Shown here piece by piece: positions 28,706 to 36,950 of a stretch of DNA of 64,000 nt. The translations under genes and the position numbers were made by a program. Source of the DNA: a bacterium. Lineage in GTDB: Bacteria > Patescibacteriota > Minisyncoccia > UBA6257 > WO2-44-18. Where the stretch lies: NCBI GenBank assembly GCA_030646995.1, contig JAUSKF010000004.1, positions 20,404 to 84,403 on the forward strand, read 5' to 3'. How positions within the stretch are numbered: the first letter of the stretch is position 1; every line of letters starts with the position of its first letter. The notes beneath the pieces are model-generated. The model saw only the letters and a program-made list of their open reading frames with translations, ran no database searches and had not been told where the DNA came from.

Positions 28706-29449
28706 CATTCTTTCGTTAATTGTTGGCTTAACTTTCACGGCCAACCGCAACTTAATCAAAGCCCAGATAACTACCCAAGAGGGATCAAATTCACTCTTGA
28801 GAAATCCAAGCTTGGGCGAATTCTGATCATGATGATGATTGTTGTGCCACCCTTCTCCGGCACCCCACAATCCCAGCCACCAAACATTGGTAGCCGTATT
28901 ATCAAAATTTTTATACCCACGCGTATGGCCAATGCTATTGATGGCCGCAGCAGTTCTCAAATAAAGGTAGAGTTGGGCCACGAAAGCGAGGCCACCCGCC
29001 AGAACGCCCCACCAGCCGTAAAGCAAACCGAATGCCGACATTGAAGCAACAAATCCGATAGCTACGCCAAGCGGTCCATTTTCCAAAAGAACATCCGCTT
29101 TCGTTTTCGGAATGCCCCAGCAATACTCCTCCACCAATTGCGCGTTGTTAGCCGCCTCGGTGTAATACTTTTCATGCGTCCAGAAAAGACGCCAAAGACC
29201 AATTAGTACCGGGCTATGGGGATCTCCTTCAACGTCAGTAAAACGGTGATGCTTGCGATGTACTGCCACCCAGCTTCTCATCGCCTGCCAGGTAAACAAC
29301 CAGAGCCAAACCCTCATCATAAATGCCACAGCCGAATTCAATTTGATTCCTTGATGAGTCATAGCCCGATGCAAATAGATAGAAGTGAGTAGGCCGTCCA
29401 TCTGATGAGCAACCAAAACATAGCAGATCGCTGCGATGAAAAGATTCAT
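28682..29449 (-). CDS. Membrane fatty-acid desaturase (acyl-lipid/acyl-CoA delta-9 desaturase family)
   Basis: Three His boxes: HRAMTH, HRKHHRF, WHNNHH; 4 TM helices. Confidence 0.75.
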   Translation of the reverse strand: MNLFIAAICYVLVAHQMDGLLTSIYLHRAMTHQGIKLNSAVAFMMRVWLWLFTWQAMRSWVAVHRKHHRFTDVEGDPHSPVLIGLWRLFWTHEKYYTEAANNAQLVEEYCWGIPKTKADVLLENGPLGVAIGFVASMSAFGLLYGWWGVLAGGLAFVAQLYLYLRTAAAINSIGHTRGYKNFDNTATNVWWLGLWGAGEGWHNNHHHDQNSPKLGFLKSEFDPSWVVIWALIKLRLAVKVKPTINERMEKQKSRV

Positions 29450-29643
29450 CTCGGCCTCCTCTTACCCCTCAACGTCTGTCAAAGAATCTGGCTTCAGGGT
29501 AGCACTAAAGCATGCTCCGACACCAGAACGAGCGCCAATCTTCTCCAACATCGTCTTCGCCAAACAAAGCGCTACTCAATAAACTTAATTTGCGAACAAC
29601 TAGCTCCAGTATCAAAAGAACGGCTGGACGATGCAGCGCTCGG

Positions 29644-31167
29644 CTAGGTGCGGAGCTCCCCCATATCCAACTGATAATCAAAATTAATCTGCGCGGCGAA
29701 TTCCTTCATGTGACTGACTACAATCATCGCGCCATCATATTTACTCAATGCTTCGGCGATGACCGGCAGATGACGGAAATTAATATGGTTAGTCGGCTCA
29801 TCTAAAATCAATAATCCCGGCCTCTGCAGAACGAAGCGGGCGAAAGAAAGGAGCCCTTTCTGACCCTCCGACAACGAACCAACTTTATTTTTCAGAAGAT
29901 CATCAGTCAAAAGAAAATTCGCCGCTGCCGAACGCAAAGACTCTTCCGATCCCCCTTCCATAACATCCGCCAGAGATTTATAAACCGTCTGCTCAAAATC
30001 CAAGCCGGCAAAATCCTGCTGATAGTATCCGATTTTCACACCATCGCTAATTGAAGCCCCTTTAGCTTTTCCGGAAGCAATCAGCTGCAAAAAAGTACTC
30101 TTACCGATTCCGTTCGGACCTTTTAAAAGTAATTTGTTTTTCCGCTTCAAAATGACATTAACCTTTTTTTGAGTCGGCTTGTGATTTTCCATCACCGTCA
30201 CGGCTTTAATCTCGGCAATCTTCCATTCCGGCAATTCGGAATCTATGAAAGTCTGTACCGGAATCGCAAAATTCCGAATTGTTTTGTCTTCCTGTCTCAT
30301 ATCCACCAGTTGGGATTCCAGTTCTTCTATCGCCTCTCCCATCTTGCGGGCCACATCACGCATCTTGCCTCCTTTCTGGGCGAAAAAATTGAATTGTTCT
30401 TTGCGATTAGTAATATCCCGCTCCAAACGAACGTTGGCCTGACGCTCCCTTTCAATCCGACGGGCGATTTCCGCCACCACATCCAAATAATCACCGACAT
30501 ACTGCTCCATTTTTCTGGTAAAAGAATCCAGATATAAAACCCCATGCGTAAATGCATTTAAAAATTTCGCGTCGTGAGAAATAACAATGCAAGTCTTTTC
30601 ATAATCCACCAAAAACTTCGTTAATCGCTCAATGCCCTCTTTGTCGAGATTGTTAGTCGGCTCATCGAGCAACAAAATATCCGGATTTTGAATCAACGCA
30701 AAGGCCAACAATAAACGCGCCTGTTGGCCGCCGGAAAATTCCCGGACTTTCTTTTTTTCATCGAACTTCAAATTCACCACATTCAAGATTTTCTTTACCT
30801 TCGGCTCAATATCATAAACCTTCTCCTGAAATGCCTTTTCGAAAAATTGAATTACCGTCAAATCCAACTGATCACGAGGAATTACCTGCTTAGCAGTAGC
30901 AATAGTCGCGCCGTCTTTTATATTAATTGCGCCTTCTTCCGGCTCCACCTCTCCGGAAATCATTTTGAAAATGGTACTTTTTCCGGCGCCGTTCTGCCCC
31001 ATTAAAGTCATTTTGGCTCCTTCCCGTATGCTAAAATCCACCTCATCCAAAAGAGTCTTGGCGGCTGTGAATCCGAAAGTAACTTTATTAAACCTTAAAA
31101 CCACATCTCCGTGGTCGTAGTTTTTAGCCTCTTTTTGCGGTTGTTTAGCTTCCTTCTCCTTAGCCAT
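29644..31167 (-). CDS. ABC-F family ATPase (tandem ABC domains, translation-associated EttA/Uup-like)
   Basis: Two Walker A (GQNGAGKST, GPNGIGKST) and two ABC signatures (FSGGQQARL, LSEGQKGLL), no TM domain. Confidence 0.85.
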   Translation of the reverse strand: MAKEKEAKQPQKEAKNYDHGDVVLRFNKVTFGFTAAKTLLDEVDFSIREGAKMTLMGQNGAGKSTIFKMISGEVEPEEGAINIKDGATIATAKQVIPRDQLDLTVIQFFEKAFQEKVYDIEPKVKKILNVVNLKFDEKKKVREFSGGQQARLLLAFALIQNPDILLLDEPTNNLDKEGIERLTKFLVDYEKTCIVISHDAKFLNAFTHGVLYLDSFTRKMEQYVGDYLDVVAEIARRIERERQANVRLERDITNRKEQFNFFAQKGGKMRDVARKMGEAIEELESQLVDMRQEDKTIRNFAIPVQTFIDSELPEWKIAEIKAVTVMENHKPTQKKVNVILKRKNKLLLKGPNGIGKSTFLQLIASGKAKGASISDGVKIGYYQQDFAGLDFEQTVYKSLADVMEGGSEESLRSAAANFLLTDDLLKNKVGSLSEGQKGLLSFARFVLQRPGLLILDEPTNHINFRHLPVIAEALSKYDGAMIVVSHMKEFAAQINFDYQLDMGELRT

Positions 31168-31254
31168 ATGTTTGGAAATGATATCATAATTGCCTTATTT
31201 TGTCCCGTCGCGCCAATTTTAAATATAAAGAAGGCGGGATCCCGCGCAGCGGGA

Positions 31255-31285
31255 TAAAAAAACCCCCGAATTCGGGGGGTATTCT
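31255..31285 (-). terminator. Intrinsic terminator
   Basis: CCCCCGAATTCGGGGGG hairpin with T-run on minus strand after PP2C-like gene. Confidence 0.65.
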
Positions 31286-31904
31286 ATTTCAGTGGAACGA
31301 CTACGGCGGAGTAGTTCGGCCGGGGCAGCTTTTTCTGAGCCGCCTTCACCAAAGCCTCCGCAGACTTTTCGGGATCACAACATTCACGAACGATGCGGGA
31401 AATCTCGGAGATATCTAAAACCGAAAAAAGATTGGAATTTCCGGAAACCAGATAGAGGTCTTGGTCGTCAATCATCTCCCAATCGATCTTCGGCCGCGTG
31501 AATCCACTTTCCAGCACTTGCTGGGCAGGAGGACGAATCTTTATCAAACTGCTTTCACCATCCACCCGGACCCGCAATAGCTTAGCTTCGTCAGCAGCAG
31601 CAAACCAAATCCCATCGCCGGAAACCAAGAAGCATACGAAATTTTCAATACGCCGGCCGCTTTCCATCAAGACGTCATAGCCCTCCTGAAACGCCGAAAT
31701 CTGCGACCTGGTGGAATTCAACACTCTTAGAAACCGTCCGGTGAATTCGGTGACCAAACAGCTCGCTTCCTGAATTCCCGGATCAGCTTCCTCATAGAAG
31801 ACCCCGAACACCCATCCAGGCCGGTAAAAATCTCCAATCACATCGCCGGGCGACATCAACGAATCATCGCCACGCGACCGGAGAAAGCCTACAACTCTTT
31901 TCAT
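31284..31904 (-). CDS. PP2C-family Ser/Thr phosphatase-like protein (possibly degenerate)
   Basis: 206 aa; LVSGDGIW, LVSGNSNLFSVLD and C-terminal NYSAVVVPL resemble PP2C motifs. Confidence 0.4.
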   Translation of the reverse strand: MKRVVGFLRSRGDDSLMSPGDVIGDFYRPGWVFGVFYEEADPGIQEASCLVTEFTGRFLRVLNSTRSQISAFQEGYDVLMESGRRIENFVCFLVSGDGIWFAAADEAKLLRVRVDGESSLIKIRPPAQQVLESGFTRPKIDWEMIDDQDLYLVSGNSNLFSVLDISEISRIVRECCDPEKSAEALVKAAQKKLPRPNYSAVVVPLK

Positions 31905-31922
31905 TGCAAGCTCCTTATTCTA

Positions 31923-32480
31923 ATGAACCGATGGTTATATTACCAACTCTCCAGAAGAACGTCAAATATTCGCAATAGTGCTATAATTACCTTAATGATT
32001 GGAGAAATACTTTTAGTTTTAGCGGTGTTCGCCCTATTCGCAATCGGACTATTAGGCACGGTGCTACCGATATTGCCGGGGGTGCCACTAGCATGGCTTG
32101 GTTTATTTATTTACGCCTACGTGAAACATTTCGAACCGATTTCCCTGACTACCATCCTAGTCTCCCTTGGTCTAACCATCCTTACTCTGATTACCGACAT
32201 AATCGCTCCGCTGATTGGAGCCAAGCGATATCACGCTACCAAATATGGAGTAGTGGGCTCTTCGTTGGGTTTGCTGTTTGGAATATTCGCCCTCGGACCG
32301 CTGGGAGTAATCGTTGGTCCATTCTTGGGAGCGCTAATCGGAGAAGTTGCCGCGGGAAGAAAATCGAAGGACGCGATCCACTCCGCTATGGGAACCTTTC
32401 TCGGGTTCCTCGCCGGCTCACTGATTAAATTGATAGTCATTTTCGTAATGCTGGGATTTTTCATCGTTGCCTTGTTCTAG
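31923..32480 (+). CDS. DUF456-like membrane protein
   Basis: 185 aa, 4-5 TM helices, Gly-rich helices. Confidence 0.45.
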   Translation: MNRWLYYQLSRRTSNIRNSAIITLMIGEILLVLAVFALFAIGLLGTVLPILPGVPLAWLGLFIYAYVKHFEPISLTTILVSLGLTILTLITDIIAPLIGAKRYHATKYGVVGSSLGLLFGIFALGPLGVIVGPFLGALIGEVAAGRKSKDAIHSAMGTFLGFLAGSLIKLIVIFVMLGFFIVALF

Positions 32481-32483
32481 AAG

Positions 32484-32530
32484 AGTAATCGCTAATAATG
32501 CTAATTAAAGATTTAATATTGCGAATGGGC
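32484..32530 (+). repeat. 47-bp TGCGAAT-triplet motif, copy 1 (copies also at 47541-47587 and 62233-62283)
   Basis: AGTAATCGCTAATAATGCTAATTAAAGATTTAATATTGCGAAT; three spaced A(T/A)NGC(G/T)AAT half-sites. Confidence 0.6.
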
Positions 32531-32588
32531 TTAAATACTCATTATTTGCATTATTTGCCAAAATTCGTATTATTAGCGAAAACTAACT

Positions 32589-33557
32589 ATGTTAATTGAC
32601 GACGTTACAATCAAAATCGCCGCTGGGCATGGAGGCAAAGGTGCCGTGGCTTTTGATAAAAATAAATTAGCCCTCGGCCCGGCCGGAGGCAGTGGAGGCA
32701 AAGGAGGTAGCATCTTTTTTCAGGGCGTGGCCGACATCGGAGCACTGCGTCATTTTCGTTTCAGAAAAGTAGTAGAAGCAGAAAACGGCCAAGAGGGTCG
32801 CGGTCAATATCGCGACGGCCAAGATGGGCAGGATTTGGTCTTAAAAGTCCCCGCCGGCACAGTCATCCACAATCTCGCGACCGGAGCACACACGGAGGTC
32901 ACAAAAATTGGGGAGAAGATTTTAATCGCGCAAGGGGGCAAAGGAGGCAAGGGCAACTTTCAATTCCGCTCCCCTCGCGATACCAGCCCAGTCAGATTCC
33001 AATCTGGACTACCGGGAGATGAATTTCCTGTACGGCTAGAGCTCAAACTGATTGCCGGTGTTGGTTTAGTTGGCCTGCCGAATGCCGGTAAGTCCAGCTT
33101 GATAAATGAATTAACGGCCGCGAATAGTAAGGTGGCCAATTACCCCTTCACCACACTGGAGCCAAGTTTGGGCGCTTATTATGACCTAATTATCGCTGAC
33201 ATTCCGGGACTAATCGAAGGAGCATCGGGCGGCAAAGGCCTAGGAATAAAATTCCTTCGCCACGTAGAGCGCACGCAGACGATTTTCCATTTAGTTTCCG
33301 CCGAATCAGCGAATGTAGCCAAAGATTACAAAATTATCCGCGGTGAGCTGGGAGAATACAACCAAGAATTACTGGAAAAGAAAGAATATGTTTTCCTTAC
33401 AAAAAGCGACATGCTGGATGCCGCCGGATTGAAGAAAAAACTCGCCACCCTGAAAAAACTAAATAAAAACGCCATCGCCATTTCTATCCACGACTCCGAC
33501 AGCCTCGAGAAAGTAAAGAAAATCTTAAACAAGCTCATCGACGCGAAGAAATCTTAG
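32589..33557 (+). CDS. obgE: GTPase Obg/CgtA
   Basis: Obg-fold Gly-rich N-terminus (GGKGGSIFF), G1-G4 GTPase motifs. Confidence 0.9.
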   Translation: MLIDDVTIKIAAGHGGKGAVAFDKNKLALGPAGGSGGKGGSIFFQGVADIGALRHFRFRKVVEAENGQEGRGQYRDGQDGQDLVLKVPAGTVIHNLATGAHTEVTKIGEKILIAQGGKGGKGNFQFRSPRDTSPVRFQSGLPGDEFPVRLELKLIAGVGLVGLPNAGKSSLINELTAANSKVANYPFTTLEPSLGAYYDLIIADIPGLIEGASGGKGLGIKFLRHVERTQTIFHLVSAESANVAKDYKIIRGELGEYNQELLEKKEYVFLTKSDMLDAAGLKKKLATLKKLNKNAIAISIHDSDSLEKVKKILNKLIDAKKS

Positions 33558-33566
33558 GTATTTGAC

Positions 33567-33600
33567 AAAAAAACTAGCTAGAGTATGATAAACGAGTTCG
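33567..33600 (+). promoter_or_regulatory. Sigma70-like promoter for RRM gene
   Basis: TTGACA-16nt-TATGAT, ~65-nt 5'UTR. Confidence 0.4.
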
Positions 33601-33663
33601 TAGGTTTCTCAGTCAAGTTAAGTCTTCTGAGTGGTCGCCCTATGAAAATTAATTAAATTACAC

Positions 33664-33942
33664 ATGGCAAAGAAATTGTATGTTGGTAACTTGCCTTACA
33701 GCGCTAACGACGAATCTCTAAAGGAGATGTTCGCAGCTGCTGGCAGCGTAGAGTCCGCTACCATTATCATGGATCGCGCCACTGGCCGGTCAAAGGGCTT
33801 CGGTTTCGTCGAGATGACGAATGACGAGGAAGCTACTAAAGCTATTGAAATGTTCAATGGCAAAGATATGGGTGGTCGCGCTCTCACTGTTAACGAGGCA
33901 CGTCCAATGGAGCCCCGCGCTCCTCGCGAGTCCCGCTACTAA
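33664..33942 (+). CDS. RRM-domain RNA-binding protein
   Basis: RNP-2 LYVGNL and RNP-1 KGFGFVEM; terminator hairpin at ~33957-33992. Confidence 0.8.
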   Translation: MAKKLYVGNLPYSANDESLKEMFAAAGSVESATIIMDRATGRSKGFGFVEMTNDEEATKAIEMFNGKDMGGRALTVNEARPMEPRAPRESRY

Positions 33943-33971
33943 GCGCGACTTACACAAAAACCGCTCTCGAT

Positions 33972-35105
33972 TTATCGGAGCGGTTTTTGGTTGCAGAACA
34001 CCCTACATCTTTCGGCCAGACAGCTTCTCGGAAACAGAATAACTTTTCTCCTGCGGAAAAGTTTTCTTCGCTCTCGGCGGTTGTTCGTTCGATTATATAA
34101 ACGAACGAACCAAGCCCAACCGCCTCCGAGATGTTCCTCAAACCAATCTGACCGAAAGATGGGTACTTCCGTCGACGGAAGTAATAAATTTAGCCTCGCT
34201 TTTATTTTATTCGCGTTCCCATGCCCCAACATCCCCAAATATGACTGCCGGGATTGCTCATTTGGATTCTCTTTCAATCTCCGGAACATTTTCCACTTTG
34301 TGACGAAGCGAATAACCCTATGATCCGGGAAATGCACCCAGCCGAGAAAATCCACTCCCGAAACAAGGGTCTTCAGAAATAACTTGTCTTTGTGAATGAA
34401 TAATTTGAGATTCTCCTCAAGGAAATCCTGAATTTTCGGGATTATTTCCACAAGTCGTTCCTTGTCCGGAGACAAAAACACAAAGTCATCGGCGTATCTT
34501 ACGTAATGTCGGGCTTTGAGTTTATGCTTCACGAACTGGTCAAATTGATTCATATAAACATTAGCGAATAACTGGGAAGTGAGATTGCCGAGGGGCAGAC
34601 CAAAACCCGGCTTGGTGGAGAAACTACTTATGACATTCTCTAACAGCCAAATTATTTTCTGGTCGGGAATATATGCCTTCAGAATTTTGAGAAGAATCTG
34701 ATGATTAATGCTGTCAAAAAACTTTTTGATATCACACTTTAATACCCAGCAGGTTTTGGTGTGATTTTTGCTAACTTTATATGCTATCGCTCGGAAACGA
34801 TTAAGCGCTCGATGGGTTCCCTTTTTGATCCGGCAGGAAAACGAATCGGCAAAGAAAGTTTTATCAAAAAATGGATAAAGCAATCGGTGAATGGCGTGAT
34901 GAACGAGACGATCGCGAACTTCCGCCTTGTGAATGATGCGTGGTTTGGGGTCGGCGATTCGGAATTGATAATAGCCGCCGTGACGGTATCTTTGACTTGC
35001 CAACTCCCCGTGAAGCGATAGAATGTTATCCATAAGATTGAAACCGAATTCCTGCACATCCTTTTTACCTCGCTTCCCCTTCAAGAATTCCTGCCAAGCA
35101 ACCAA
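33972..35105 (-). CDS. Diversity-generating retroelement reverse transcriptase
   Basis: RT motifs incl. YADDFVF (motif C), GNLTSQLFANVY (DGR-type motif 4 with SQ), VDFLGW; N-terminal region colinear with Bordetella-phage-type bRT; last ~60 codons read through repeat element B and are probably not genuine. Confidence 0.85.
   Translation of the reverse strand: MVAWQEFLKGKRGKKDVQEFGFNLMDNILSLHGELASQRYRHGGYYQFRIADPKPRIIHKAEVRDRLVHHAIHRLLYPFFDKTFFADSFSCRIKKGTHRALNRFRAIAYKVSKNHTKTCWVLKCDIKKFFDSINHQILLKILKAYIPDQKIIWLLENVISSFSTKPGFGLPLGNLTSQLFANVYMNQFDQFVKHKLKARHYVRYADDFVFLSPDKERLVEIIPKIQDFLEENLKLFIHKDKLFLKTLVSGVDFLGWVHFPDHRVIRFVTKWKMFRRLKENPNEQSRQSYLGMLGHGNANKIKARLNLLLPSTEVPIFRSDWFEEHLGGGWAWFVRLYNRTNNRRERRKLFRRRKVILFPRSCLAERCRVFCNQKPLR
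34014..34140 (+). repeat. Structured ~125-bp repeat element, copy B; overlaps 3' end of RT ORF on opposite strand
   Basis: ~90% identical to copy C (48568-48704 reverse complement) and core-identical to copy A. Confidence 0.7.
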
Positions 35106-35166
35106 AAGATTTTCAATAGAAATTATATCCTCAAAACTATGACGGAATTGAATTCTACCTATAACG

Positions 35167-35176
35167 CCCCCCCCCC
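35167..35176. repeat. Homopolymeric C10 tract in divergent RT/avd promoter region
   Basis: ACGCCCCCCCCCCAGCC between RT start (35105) and avd start (35191). Confidence 0.8.
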
Positions 35177-35190
35177 AGCCGATTTTTCCG

Positions 35191-35532
35191 TTGTTGCATA
35201 AAATAAAAGATGCTTACGCGCTTTGGTATTCCTACTACCAGATTCTACCAAAAACCCACCGCTACTCGCTCGGCCAGAAAATTGACTCTCTTTTTGTAGA
35301 AATTATAGAAACCGTGGCTGCTGCCGGCTTTATCGCCAAGGAAAAGAAGCTGGCATATTTAAGTTTGGCGATTATGAAAGTAGATACGCTAAAAGTTTTG
35401 ATGATGGTTCTCTGGGAGAATAAATCGCTGAACGATAAAAAATATATTCAAATATCTTTTAAAATAAGCGAACTAGGAAAAATGCTTGGCGGCTGGCTGG
35501 GAAAGATTCAGAAACAAAACTCTCCCCGCTAA
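35191..35532 (+). CDS. avd: Avd-like accessory variability determinant (four-helix-bundle protein, TIGR02436-like)
   Basis: 113 aa, basic helical protein with pattern resembling 23S-IVS/four-helix-bundle family; divergent to RT and adjacent to TR. Confidence 0.65.
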   Translation: MLHKIKDAYALWYSYYQILPKTHRYSLGQKIDSLFVEIIETVAAAGFIAKEKKLAYLSLAIMKVDTLKVLMMVLWENKSLNDKKYIQISFKISELGKMLGGWLGKIQKQNSPR

Positions 35533-35544
35533 AAAGCGGGGAGA
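35521..35544. other. GC-rich hairpin flanking TR (DGR hairpin/cruciform candidate)
   Basis: CTCCCCGCTAAAAAGCGGGGAGAG; avd stop codon lies in loop. Confidence 0.6.
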
Positions 35545-35555
35545 GAAATAGATAG

Positions 35556-35690
35556 ATTTGCGACGACCGAACACCCAGACGTTGTCGGGATTCCAGAAGT
35601 TGTCAGCGTTGCCGTTGTTCGCGTTGAGCCAATGCTCATCGCTATTATGCTCCACGTTGAACACGTTCGGGTTGCCGTTCGAGTCAGTTA
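35556..35690 (-). repeat. DGR template repeat (TR), Asn/AAC-rich
   Basis: ~135 bp; coding-strand reads ...NGNPNVFNVEHNSDEHWLNANNGNADNFWNPDNVWVFGRRK; 24 of 25 mismatches vs VR lie at TR adenines. Confidence 0.85.
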
Positions 35691-35935
35691 TATATAAGAG
35701 GCTGCCTATGCCACCGCCCATTGAATACTCTCTGGGTTGTATCGAATTCCGTACCTAAAGTACGATAGCCTCTTATACCAAGTATCTCTATTTTTTTAGA
35801 GTTCTGCGCGCGCCACTCTATCTCCAACCTTGATCAGAAACACACTCGACACGCGGATACTGGATTCGGCAGCAAGGAACCTTAGTCCCCCGCGTATTCG
35901 CCTAATACCAAAATTATATTAACATACGCTAAAAA

Positions 35936-35970
35936 CAAAAACCCCCGCGCTCGAAAGCGCGGGGACAAAG
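35936..35970 (-). terminator. Intrinsic terminator after DGR target gene; doubles as VR-proximal hairpin
   Basis: CCCCCGCGCTCGAAAGCGCGGGG with T-run on minus strand. Confidence 0.65.
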
Positions 35971-36008
35971 AGTCAAAGGGCCAGGTCAAAAGTTCCAAGG
36001 ACTAAGAG

Positions 36009-36764
36009 CTACTTGCGACGACCGAACACCCAGACGTCGTCGGGATCCCAGAAGCGGCCAGCGTCGCCGTCGCTCGCGTGGAGCCAATGCCCACCGCCAT
36101 CCGGCTCCACGCAGAACACGAACGGGTAGCCGCTCGAGTCAGAAATCGGCTCCATTCCGACCAGAATCCATTCCCCGTAAGGCTGGTCCTGGTATTGGAG
36201 GCGGAGCTGGGGGCCGACTTCGGCAGGGCAGCGATCCAAGCCAAGCTCTTTGGCTTCGGCGTAGATCTGCTCGCGAGTGCCGCCACTGGGAAGTCCCAGT
36301 TGGGCGACCGTCATCTTGACCAGATCGATCTCTATCTCCTTGGGGTTGACCGAGATCTTTTTCAGAATGTCGTTGCCCCAGTCAGAGACCCGGTTTTTCT
36401 TGCCGATGATGGCCTTTCGGAGAGCCTCCGGAGACGGATGCGTTCCCAGCTTGAGGGTCTTCCAGACAGGAAGAGCGGAAGAGCATCGAATCGGCTTGAT
36501 CTCGCCAACCCTGGCAATCGCCTGGTCGATTCGGTCGCAGAACTGCTGAAGTCCGGTGATTTTTTCACCGAGCTCAGAACGAAGCACCTCCAAATCATTC
36601 TTGTGTGCCTGCTTCGCTTCCGAAAGCTGGTTTTCCAACTCTCCGATTTTCTTCACCTCTTCCTTGGCCTCCTCGCAAACTTTCGTCAAATCCCCACTCA
36701 AGTCGACGTCTTCTTCAGACTTCTTTTTTCCGCTCACCGGAGCTCTCCTGAATTGGGTTATCAA
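36009..36764 (-). CDS. DGR variable (target) protein: N-terminal coiled coil, C-terminal ligand-binding domain ending in VR
   Basis: C-terminus ...GYPFVFCVEPDGGGHWLHASDGDAGRFWDPDDVWVFGRRK encoded by VR; perfect TTGACA-17-TATATT promoter upstream. Confidence 0.8.
   Translation of the reverse strand: MITQFRRAPVSGKKKSEEDVDLSGDLTKVCEEAKEEVKKIGELENQLSEAKQAHKNDLEVLRSELGEKITGLQQFCDRIDQAIARVGEIKPIRCSSALPVWKTLKLGTHPSPEALRKAIIGKKNRVSDWGNDILKKISVNPKEIEIDLVKMTVAQLGLPSGGTREQIYAEAKELGLDRCPAEVGPQLRLQYQDQPYGEWILVGMEPISDSSGYPFVFCVEPDGGGHWLHASDGDAGRFWDPDDVWVFGRRK
36012..36147 (-). repeat. DGR variable repeat (VR)
   Basis: Matches TR over ~135 bp with adenine-specific substitutions (AAC->AGC/TAC/TTC/GAC/CAC etc.). 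Confidence 0.85.
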
Positions 36765-36803
36765 TTTTTATCCGCCGAATAGCGGATTTGTGAACTGCCG
36801 TAA

Positions 36804-36832
36804 ATATAGCAGAGTTGAGGCTATTTGTCAAC
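36804..36832 (-). promoter_or_regulatory. Sigma70 consensus promoter of DGR target gene
   Basis: TTGACA-17-TATATT on minus strand; paralogous promoter at 38407-38436. Confidence 0.6.
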
Positions 36833-36862
36833 CCCAACCTTTGGCCCTCCTTAGGGGGCAAC

Positions 36863-36950
36863 GGGGGGGGATATTGACTTAGTCCAAATGGAACGCTATA
36901 ATGGGGATACTAAACGTGAAGGGCATCCTATATGGGTGCCCTTCGTTTTT
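36863..36950 (+). promoter_or_regulatory. G8 tract + TTGACT-17-TATAAT promoter followed immediately by intrinsic terminator (tiny transcript unit)
   Basis: G8 36863-36870, -35 36874-36879, -10 36897-36902, hairpin GAAGGGCATCCTATATGGGTGCCCTTC 36918-36944 + T6. Confidence 0.5.

Noticed and set aside
35473-35721. ORF-track CDS (82 aa, minus) MGGGIGSLLYITDSNGNPNVFNVEHNSDEHWLNANNGNADNFWNPDNVWVFGRRKS…
   Set aside because: This is the Asn/AAC-rich DGR template repeat translated in the target-gene frame. There is no independent start or RBS, and it duplicates the C-terminus of the 36009..36764 protein. It is annotated as TR instead.
36078-36782. 234-aa plus-strand ORF (and 37643..38227, 13831..14298, 14664..15110, 57319..57849 and similar)
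   Set aside because: Antisense shadows of well-supported minus- or plus-strand genes in GC-rich stretches. No RBS or motifs.
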